Shown here: positions 57,029-64,000 of the stretch, piece after piece | Layout: the number at the start of each line of letters is the position of its first letter | Numbering within the stretch: the stretch's first letter is position 1 | Source of the DNA: a virus | Direction: 5' to 3' (one strand) | DNA: 64,000 bases | IMG/VR virus record: IMGVR_UViG_3300024255_000002 | The notes under the pieces: generated by a model | What the model saw: the letters and a program-made list of their open reading frames with translations, nothing else | The model's database searches: none | What the model was told of the DNA's origin: nothing | Made by a program: the position numbers and the translations under genes

Positions 57029-58204
57029 ATGGCGTTCACAAGAGTTCCTGGATCGGGAGTACCTCCTGCTGTAGCTTATTATAATGATAGCGATAGTTTT
57101 ACTATTGCAGGTTCAAATTTAAATCCTCCTACTACTCAATCTGTTTTTAATGCTTTACTTTTTAATCCCGATGGAACAAAAATGTACACATTAGGATATA
57201 CTCATGGATATGGAGGAGATAAAGACCTCTTTCAATACACATTGTCAACTCCTTTTGATGTATCAACTGCTTCAGCTTCAGTTAATGATTATATTGAAGT
57301 TGGAGAATGGTCCAAAGATAACGTGGATGTGAGATTTAATAACGATGGAACAAAGCTTTTTGTTCTTTATGAAGCTAGTACTCAAAATCATCGAAGTAGA
57401 GTGTATCAATACACTTTAAGTGTTCCTTACGATATTACCAGCACTGTAACAGCAGGTTCCTCTTTAATAATAGGGGATCAGTATGATGAATTTTCAGCAA
57501 TTCTATTTAATCCTGATGGTACAAAGATGTTTGCTAGTAGGTATGGGTATATATACAAATATACTTTAAATACTCCTTTTGTTCCTACAACTGTTACAAA
57601 TACAGACAAAAGTTTTTTTCTACCCACTACAATCACTGGTATGCAATTTAATAATGATGGTACAAAGTTATTTACAGTTTATCAAGCAAGAACAATTGGT
57701 ACTAAAGCAACAATAACAGAGTGGGCATTGTCAACTGCTTATGATCCTACAACTGCAATACAACCTGCAACTGCTACCTTTATAACTGATGAAACTACAA
57801 ATGCTAATGGTGAAGTTCCTCTTCAATTTATGACTTTTAACAATAATGGAACAAAATTCTTTAGTTTTAACGGTACTAATGGAGATATTAATGGTGGATT
57901 AGCAAAAATTAAAGAATGGAATCTAGCTTCAGCTTTTAGTATGTCAAGTTCTTCTTCAGGATCATCAGGATCAGCTTCTGGTCCTTGGGAATACGATGAT
58001 ACTGCTACAGAATCAGATACTTATCCTGGATCAACTAGAGGTGCAAATATAACTATTTCTGGTGGTGTAAAAACGTATATAAAACCAGTGTCAGGAACAG
58101 CAGAACAAGTTTATATTAGTACAAGAAAACTTGGTGAAACTAAAAATCGTGGCGAATTATCTAAAACTTTTTATGATGCTCAAAACGCTAAAGGAAGACC
58201 ATAA
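57029..58204 (+). CDS. Beta-propeller-containing head-region protein
   Basis: Five FNxDGTK-type repeats with Y.L..P(F/Y)D, then a Ser/Gly linker and a distinct C-terminal domain. Confidence 0.75.
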   Translation: MAFTRVPGSGVPPAVAYYNDSDSFTIAGSNLNPPTTQSVFNALLFNPDGTKMYTLGYTHGYGGDKDLFQYTLSTPFDVSTASASVNDYIEVGEWSKDNVDVRFNNDGTKLFVLYEASTQNHRSRVYQYTLSVPYDITSTVTAGSSLIIGDQYDEFSAILFNPDGTKMFASRYGYIYKYTLNTPFVPTTVTNTDKSFFLPTTITGMQFNNDGTKLFTVYQARTIGTKATITEWALSTAYDPTTAIQPATATFITDETTNANGEVPLQFMTFNNNGTKFFSFNGTNGDINGGLAKIKEWNLASAFSMSSSSSGSSGSASGPWEYDDTATESDTYPGSTRGANITISGGVKTYIKPVSGTAEQVYISTRKLGETKNRGELSKTFYDAQNAKGRP

Positions 58205-58238
58205 AACACACTTTTTTGCATTTTAAAGATAAAAAATG

Positions 58239-58246
58239 TATAAATA
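58239..58246 (+). promoter_or_regulatory. T4-type late promoter
   Basis: TATAAATA. Confidence 0.75.
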
Positions 58247-58274
58247 GTATTAAGAGAAAAGAGAGATAGGATAC

Positions 58275-58925
58275 ATGAAACTTATTACTGAAGAAATAGA
58301 AAACGCCGAGTACATTATTGAAGAATCAGGTAACGGCAAAAAAAATTACTCTATAAAGGGTGTCTTCATGCAAGCGGACATCAAAAATAAAAACGGTAGA
58401 GTTTATCCTAGAGAGACTCTTCAAAAAGAAATCGCTCGATATACAAGAGAGTTTATCGACAAAAGTAGAGCATTTGGCGAACTAGGTCATCCTGACGGTC
58501 CCACTGTCAACCTAGAAAGAGTATCGCACATGATCAAATCTTTAACTCCAGAAGGAAATAACTTTATAGGAGAGGCGAAAGTCTTAGATACCCCATATGG
58601 AAAAATTGTGAAGTCTTTAATTGATGAGGGTGCAAAACTAGGAGTTTCATCTCGTGGAATGGGAACATTAAAATCATCTAATGGAATGAATGTTGTCAAT
58701 GACGATTTTTATCTTGCTACAGCAGCTGATATAGTTGCAGACCCCAGCGCTCCAGACGCTTTCGTAGAAGGCATTATGGAAGGAAAAGAATGGGTATGGA
58801 ATAATGGAATATTGAGAGAGCAAGAAATGAAAGAATTAAAATTACAGGCAGATAAGAAAATACTAAGAGAAGAACGAGCAAATAAAAATGCTCAAATCTT
58901 TGAGAATTTTCTTAAAAAACTGTAA
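58275..58925 (+). CDS. gp21: Prohead protease gp21
   Basis: NGRVYP, GELGHP, GVSSRGMG, DIVADPSAPDA. Confidence 0.97.
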   Translation: MKLITEEIENAEYIIEESGNGKKNYSIKGVFMQADIKNKNGRVYPRETLQKEIARYTREFIDKSRAFGELGHPDGPTVNLERVSHMIKSLTPEGNNFIGEAKVLDTPYGKIVKSLIDEGAKLGVSSRGMGTLKSSNGMNVVNDDFYLATAADIVADPSAPDAFVEGIMEGKEWVWNNGILREQEMKELKLQADKKILREERANKNAQIFENFLKKL

Positions 58926-58928
58926 TTT

Positions 58929-58936
58929 TATAAATA
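58929..58936 (+). promoter_or_regulatory. T4-type late promoter followed by a 5' UTR hairpin
   Basis: TATAAATA, then GACTCATTC...GAGTGAGTC (about 58943-58965). Confidence 0.7.
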
Positions 58937-59009
58937 ATAACTGACTCATTCAATTAGAGTGAGTCTATTATTGCAATAATATAAAGTTAAAATAGAGGAG
59001 ATAAAACCA

Positions 59010-60524
59010 ATGGAAAACGGTAAAAATGAGATCAATGCTCAAGCTGATCTACCTAGAAAACATGCCGCTCCAGCTGAAGCACCTAAATCATTAGCTGCAA
59101 CTGTTCAACAAGTAATGACAAAAGCAATTACTTCACCAACAGATGCTAAACCAGATTTTGCACAAGGCGTTAAACCTGTATCAGGTGACGCACAACAAAA
59201 AAGTGCAGGTGCTGCTGATGCTATGAAGTCACTTCAAGCACAAGCGGATGCTGAAATCAAAAAAGAAACTTCTTACGAGTCTGAAGACAAAGAGAAAAAA
59301 CACGAAGGCAAAGAAGAAGTTAAAGAAACAGAAGCTGAAACTAAAGACAAAGAAGACGTTAAAAAAGAAGAAAAAGAGGAGAAAAAAGAAGAATTATCTC
59401 CTGCTCAGAAAAAACTTCCTGACGCTTTACAAAAGGCAATCGCTAAAAAAGACGAATCTGCTGACGAGAAAAAAGATGTAAAAGAAGAAGAAGAAAAAGA
59501 GAAAAAAGAAGAAGACGAAAAGAAAAAAGAAGTTTCGGAATCTGAAGAAGATAAAGAAAAAAAAGAAGAAGACGAAAAGAAAAAAGATGAAATCAAAGAA
59601 GAAGATGAGAAAAAAGTAATTCAGGCTGCTAAAGAATATATGAAAGACTCAAGTTGTTCATATAAAGAAGCTGCTGAGAAATACGGTTGCTCTGAATCTG
59701 AAGTTAAAAAACAAGTAGAGTCTATGGAAAAAGAAATGGACGAAGCAGATGAAAAAGAAGTTAAAAAAGAAACTGCACAGGACAAAGTAAAAGACATGGA
59801 TATGAAAGAAGATGTAGCTGCTCTAACTGATGGTGAAAACCTATCGGAAGAGTTCAAACAAAAAGCTGCAACTATTTTCGAATCTGCTGTTAAAGCAAAA
59901 CTTGTAGATGAAATCGAAAAATTAGAAGCAGACTACGATAAAAAAGTCGAAAAGAAAAAAGACGAAGTCAAAGAAGAAATCGTTGACAAAGTAGATGCTT
60001 ATCTAAATTACGTTGTTGAATCTTGGATGAAAGACAACGAACTGGCTATCGAAAAAGGTCTTAGAAATGAAATTACTGAGGAATTTATCGGTGGACTTAA
60101 AAACCTATTTGAAACTCATTACATCAACGTACCGCAAGAGAAGTATGATGTATTAGAGAATCAATCTGCTGAAATTAATTCATTAAAAGATAAACTTAAT
60201 GAATCAATTGAAAAGAACGTTGAGTTAAATCAGAAAATAAATGAATTTGCTAGAGAAGACATCATTAATGATGTTGCTTCTGACTTGGCAGAAACTGAAT
60301 CTGAAAAACTTAAAGGTTTAGCAGAAAGTATTGAGTATAAAGACGCTGGTAGTTTTAGAAAAAGTGTTGAGACATTAAAAAACTCATACTACCCTAAAGC
60401 AAAAGCGAAAGATACTGAATCTAATGTCGTAGCAGAAAACAATCAGACTGTTGATTTATCTGAATCAATGGCTGCCTACACTGCTGCTATTAGTAAACAA
60501 AGAAAGAATCCTTACGATAAGTAA
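59010..60524 (+). CDS. gp22: Prohead core scaffold gp22 with a long Lys/Glu-rich insertion
   Basis: LSEEFKQKAATIFESAV, VDAYLNYVVESW, ELAIEKGL; sits between gp21 and gp23. Confidence 0.93.
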   Translation: MENGKNEINAQADLPRKHAAPAEAPKSLAATVQQVMTKAITSPTDAKPDFAQGVKPVSGDAQQKSAGAADAMKSLQAQADAEIKKETSYESEDKEKKHEGKEEVKETEAETKDKEDVKKEEKEEKKEELSPAQKKLPDALQKAIAKKDESADEKKDVKEEEEKEKKEEDEKKKEVSESEEDKEKKEEDEKKKDEIKEEDEKKVIQAAKEYMKDSSCSYKEAAEKYGCSESEVKKQVESMEKEMDEADEKEVKKETAQDKVKDMDMKEDVAALTDGENLSEEFKQKAATIFESAVKAKLVDEIEKLEADYDKKVEKKKDEVKEEIVDKVDAYLNYVVESWMKDNELAIEKGLRNEITEEFIGGLKNLFETHYINVPQEKYDVLENQSAEINSLKDKLNESIEKNVELNQKINEFAREDIINDVASDLAETESEKLKGLAESIEYKDAGSFRKSVETLKNSYYPKAKAKDTESNVVAENNQTVDLSESMAAYTAAISKQRKNPYDK

Positions 60525-60527
60525 GGG

Positions 60528-60545
60528 TTTAGTTAATTAACTAAA
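60528..60545. repeat. Perfect 18-bp palindrome TTTAGTTAATTAACTAAA
   Basis: Abuts the gp23 RBS. Confidence 0.8.
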
Positions 60546-60561
60546 AAGGAGAGATAGAAAA

Positions 60562-61911
60562 ATGTTTTTATCTGAATCAATACAACAGAAGTGGCAGCCC
60601 GTTTTGGACCATCCTGATCTTCCAGAAGTGAAGAACAGTTACAAAAGAGCCGTAACTTCAGTTATTTTAGAAAACCAAGAAAAGTCGTTAAAAGAAGACG
60701 CTGCTTTCTTATCAGAGTCAGCACCTACTAACGCTACTGGTTCTTCTATTCAAAATTGGAATCCTATCTTAATTAGTCTAGTAAGAAGAGCAATGCCTAA
60801 CCTTATCGCTTACGATATCGCTGGTGTTCAACCTATGTCAGGACCAACTGGTTTGATATTTGCTATGAGAAGCAGATACAACAGCCAATCTGGCGGTGAA
60901 GCTCTTTTTGACGAAGCTGATTCTGATTTTTCTGGCAGAAACAAAGCCGGTTCATCAGTAGATGGATTTTCATCAACAGACCACAGTGGAACTAATCCAT
61001 CTGTACTTAACGACTCATCACCAGGAACTTACACACAAGGTACTGGTATGACTACAGCTGCTGCTGAAGCTCTAGGAGATGCCGCTGGTAACTCTTTTGC
61101 TGAAATGGCATTCTCAATTGAGAAATCAACTGTAACTGCTAAAAGCAGAGCGTTAAAAGCAGAATACACAATGGAACTTGCTCAAGACTTAAAAGCAATC
61201 CATGGTTTAGACGCTGAAACAGAATTATCAAACATCTTATCTGCTGAAATCTTAGCTGAAATCAACAGAGAAGTAGTAAGATCAGTTTATATTACTGCTG
61301 AAAAAGGTGCTTCTGATAACAATGGTAACGCTGTAAACACTACTTCGGAAGGTATCTTTGATTTAGATACTGACTCAAACGGTAGATGGTCAGTTGAGAG
61401 ATTCAAAGGTCTTATGTTCCAATTGGAAAGAGACGCTAATGCAATCGCTCAAAGAACAAGAAGAGGAAAAGGTAATATAATCATTTGCTCATCTGATGTT
61501 GCTTCTGCACTTCAAATGGCTGGTGTTTTAGATTACACTCCTGCTCTTAACAACAACTTAAACGTTGATGATACTGGAAACACTTTCGCTGGTGTATTAA
61601 ATGGTAAATATAAAGTTTACATTGATCCATACAGTGCAAACCAATCTGGTAAACAATTCTACGTTGTGGGTTACAAAGGAACTTCACCATACGATGCTGG
61701 TATGTTCTATTGCCCATATGTACCACTTCAGATGGTAAGAGCTGTTGGCCAAGACACTTTCCAACCAAAAATTGGTTTCAAAACTAGATACGGTTTAGTT
61801 GCGAACCCATTTGCTGGTGCAGCTGCTGACGGTAATATTACTGTTGACGGTATTGGAAATGCTAACGCTAACAGATACTACAGACGTGTTCAAGTTGCGA
61901 ACATTATGTAA
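60562..61911 (+). CDS. gp23: Major capsid protein gp23
   Basis: KW.PVL, LVRRAMPNLIAYDIAGVQPM.GPTGLIFAMR, ELAQDLKAIHGLDAE, FQPKIGFKTRYG. Confidence 0.98.
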   Translation: MFLSESIQQKWQPVLDHPDLPEVKNSYKRAVTSVILENQEKSLKEDAAFLSESAPTNATGSSIQNWNPILISLVRRAMPNLIAYDIAGVQPMSGPTGLIFAMRSRYNSQSGGEALFDEADSDFSGRNKAGSSVDGFSSTDHSGTNPSVLNDSSPGTYTQGTGMTTAAAEALGDAAGNSFAEMAFSIEKSTVTAKSRALKAEYTMELAQDLKAIHGLDAETELSNILSAEILAEINREVVRSVYITAEKGASDNNGNAVNTTSEGIFDLDTDSNGRWSVERFKGLMFQLERDANAIAQRTRRGKGNIIICSSDVASALQMAGVLDYTPALNNNLNVDDTGNTFAGVLNGKYKVYIDPYSANQSGKQFYVVGYKGTSPYDAGMFYCPYVPLQMVRAVGQDTFQPKIGFKTRYGLVANPFAGAAADGNITVDGIGNANANRYYRRVQVANIM

Positions 61912-61935
61912 TATTTGTTAAATACAAATTTAAAA

Positions 61936-61965
61936 GAGGGCGATGTAAAAGTCGCCCTTTTTTTT
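61936..61965 (+). terminator. Rho-independent terminator after gp23
   Basis: AGGGCGAT-GTAAAA-GTCGCCCT followed by a T run. Confidence 0.85.
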
Positions 61966-61970
61966 GGCCT

Positions 61971-61978
61971 TATAAATA
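61971..61978 (+). promoter_or_regulatory. T4-type late promoter
   Basis: TATAAATA 5 nt before the ATG at 61984. Confidence 0.75.
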
Positions 61979-61983
61979 AAAGT

Positions 61984-62217
61984 ATGAAAACACCATTTAA
62001 AGAACTTTTAGGCATACTCGTAGTAGGTGCCTTTCTTACGTTAGTTGCACATGGATTAAAATACTTAAATCCAGAACCTAATATATTAGAAGAATTAGAA
62101 GAAAAAATAGAAAAAGTACAACAAAAAGAAATCATATTAACTGAATCTGAAAAAGAACTTGAAAAGAAATCTGCTGAAAAAGAGTGGCAAGAAGTAGATA
62201 AAGAAACAGATAAATAG
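61984..62217 (+). CDS. Small protein with an N-terminal TM helix and an acidic coiled coil
   Basis: LLGILVVGAFLTLVA followed by E/K heptads; the ORF-track start at 61915 would run through the terminator. Confidence 0.7.
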   Translation: MKTPFKELLGILVVGAFLTLVAHGLKYLNPEPNILEELEEKIEKVQQKEIILTESEKELEKKSAEKEWQEVDKETDK

Positions 62218-62221
62218 TAGT

Positions 62222-62818
62222 ATGACAAAACTAAACGCATTTGCTAGACAGCCATCGACTTACGACTTTGCAAGTCCTATACAATTTAAGTTTTCAATTG
62301 TTAAAATGCCATTGCTTAACTTTTTTTGTACATCGGTAAACTTGCCAGGTATATCAATAACACCACCTGAACAATCAACATCTTTAAAGGATATTCCCAT
62401 TCCTGGTGATAAGGTTGTTTTTGCTGAACTAAATTTGACTTTTATGGTCGATGAAAAATATGAAAACTATAGACAACTGCAAGACTGGATAACTGGTAAA
62501 GGTTTTCCTAAAGAACACGCACAGTTCAGAAATTATGCAAAAAGTAATGCTGATTTATTTCCTACTAGTGCTGATGCTGGATATAGTACTGAGGTTGGTA
62601 AAGTTTCAAAACCTGTACAAGATATAGGATTTTTATATTCTGATGCTGAATTAACTTTTACTACTAGTAAAAACAATCCCACTGTAAGGGCAAAATTTAC
62701 AGATTTATTTCCTACATCTTTGAGTGGATTAAACTACACAACCCAGGCAACTGATGTGGACTATTTGTCGTGTGATGCTACATTTCAATACGGCATATAC
62801 GAATTAGAAACATTATAA
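62222..62818 (+). CDS. gp3: Tail tube terminator gp3-like
   Basis: FFC..VNLPGI, PGDK, F.VDE..ENY, FPTSLSGL. Confidence 0.88.
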   Translation: MTKLNAFARQPSTYDFASPIQFKFSIVKMPLLNFFCTSVNLPGISITPPEQSTSLKDIPIPGDKVVFAELNLTFMVDEKYENYRQLQDWITGKGFPKEHAQFRNYAKSNADLFPTSADAGYSTEVGKVSKPVQDIGFLYSDAELTFTTSKNNPTVRAKFTDLFPTSLSGLNYTTQATDVDYLSCDATFQYGIYELETL

Positions 62819-62821
62819 ATA
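62814..62821 (+). promoter_or_regulatory. T4-type late promoter
   Basis: TATAAATA overlapping the gp3 stop. Confidence 0.6.
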
Positions 62822-62843
62822 TTTTATATTATAGGAGTATATT

Positions 62844-63272
62844 ATGACATTTGACGAGCTTCAGCTAATGGCTGAAAAAGATTTAAAAATAAACGATATT
62901 GAATTAGACATTGAGTCGCTTAAAACACCAGCACTCCATAACAAATATTCAAAATTTCACAATCAATACATTAATCTATTAAAAAAGGCCGAACAAGAGT
63001 TGGCAAGAGAGACAAGAGATAAGTGGGAATATTATACAGGCAAATCGGATCCGTCTGTGTATCAATTAAAACCTTTTAATCTAAAAGTACTAAAACAAGA
63101 TGTTGATAAGTATCTTAAATCAGACGAAGAAATAAATAAGTTAGAAGCAAAAGTAACTTATATTCAAAGTGTGGTTGATTACTTAGATAAGACAATTCGT
63201 ATTATTACAAATAGAACATTTCAAATTAAAAACGCAATCGACTGGAAAAAGTTTACATCTGGTGTTATCTAA
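62844..63272 (+). CDS. uvsY: Recombination mediator UvsY
   Basis: LHNKY, WEYYTGK, RTFQIKNAIDW.KF. Confidence 0.93.
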   Translation: MTFDELQLMAEKDLKINDIELDIESLKTPALHNKYSKFHNQYINLLKKAEQELARETRDKWEYYTGKSDPSVYQLKPFNLKVLKQDVDKYLKSDEEINKLEAKVTYIQSVVDYLDKTIRIITNRTFQIKNAIDWKKFTSGVI

Positions 63273-64000
63273 TGTCAGAAATATTAGTTGATAAAATAGA
63301 TGATGTTTATTTGAGAGTAGATGCTGATGCTGATATTCGTAGAGAACTTTCACAGTATTTCTCGTTTGATGTTCCAGGTGCAAAATTCTCTCCACAGTTT
63401 AGAAATAGAGTTTGGGATGGTAAGATTAGACTCTATTCATATGCCACAGGACGTCTCTATGTTGGGTTGTTTCCATATCTTAAACACTGGTGTTCAGAAA
63501 AAGGTATAAAAATAACTGAACTTAACGAGATTCTTACACATAGGTCTCTCTCAGCCGCCTCTATACAAGAGTTGATCGAGGAGTATGGCATATCTATTAA
63601 ACCAAGAGATTATCAACTAGAGGCGTTTAAATTTGCATTAGAGAATGAAAGAGGTCTTATACTCTCTCCTACGGCATCGGGTAAGTCTTTAATTGCATAT
63701 ATGCTTACGAGGCATTATTTGAATTCAATAAACGACAAAGTCTTAATCATAGTACCCACTACATCACTTGTTGAACAACTATACAAAGACTTTAAAGATT
63801 ATGGTTATGATGTAGAAAATAATATTAGTAGAAAATATCACGGTTATGATATTGAAGATGATAAGAGAGTTGTCATATCAACTTGGCAATCTCTATACAA
63901 ATTACCTAAAAGTTTCTTTAATGGATTTGGTGCTGTAATAGGTGATGAAGCACACTTGTTCAAGGCAGTTTCATTAACAAAGATAATGACTAAATTAACT
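63272..64000 (+). CDS. uvsW: UvsW SF2 helicase, truncated at the window end (absent from the ORF track)
   Basis: Manual translation MSEILVDKIDDVYLRV...FDVPGAKF...WDGKIRL...PRDYQ...SPTASGKS...STWQS...GDEAH. Confidence 0.93.
   Translation, partial: MSEILVDKIDDVYLRVDADADIRRELSQYFSFDVPGAKFSPQFRNRVWDGKIRLYSYATGRLYVGLFPYLKHWCSEKGIKITELNEILTHRSLSAASIQELIEEYGISIKPRDYQLEAFKFALENERGLILSPTASGKSLIAYMLTRHYLNSINDKVLIIVPTTSLVEQLYKDFKDYGYDVENNISRKYHGYDIEDDKRVVISTWQSLYKLPKSFFNGFGAVIGDEAHLFKAVSLTKIMTKLT

Noticed and set aside
50802-61911. Inteins, introns or homing endonucleases in gp17, gp20 or gp23
   Set aside because: The ORFs are continuous and of normal length, with no splicing or endonuclease motifs seen
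4618-63509. Numerous short antisense or alternate-frame ORFs inside long genes (e.g. 22653..23174, 35698..36216, 50039..50566, 61890..62240, 63321..63509)
   Set aside because: Shadow ORFs of well-supported genes, with no RBS or recognisable motifs
1-64000. tRNA or rRNA genes
   Set aside because: No cloverleaf or T-loop signature noticed in intergenic gaps by eye; tRNAscan-SE would confirm

Overview
A 64 kb AT-rich segment of a T4-like myovirus genome covering most of the virion morphogenesis region. Gene order and sequence style resemble marine Kyanoviridae- or pelagimyophage-like phages; the host is inferred, not shown. Order: gp5 (partial), PAAR, gp25, gp6, gp7-like, fibres, gp8, a 2060-aa VrlC-like protein, more fibres and Kelch-like proteins, gp13-gp20, gp21-gp23, gp3, UvsY and UvsW (partial). 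Many TATAAATA late promoters are present. About 20 modification enzymes are interleaved with the tail-fibre genes: 5 glycosyltransferases, an epimerase, 2 radical SAM enzymes, a methyltransferase, a desaturase, a GNAT, 7 Fe(II)/2OG-type oxygenases and 2 sulfotransferases. Three observations stand out. (1) Two YadA-like fibres each carry 33-34 Cys confined to one domain, one of them near a GT9/heptosyltransferase-like gene, suggesting a virion S-glycosylation or decoration system. (2) Nineteen GGCC sites fall in the first 1.4 kb, 13 of them written into gp5 through synonymous codons, next to a repeat-rich non-coding stretch and a counter-oriented early operon; this is a candidate methylation-gated ori or pac site. 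(3) A CGTATATATA variant promoter heads three of the enzyme modules and appears to act bidirectionally at one of them. No tRNA, rRNA, CRISPR array, intein or transposase was seen.
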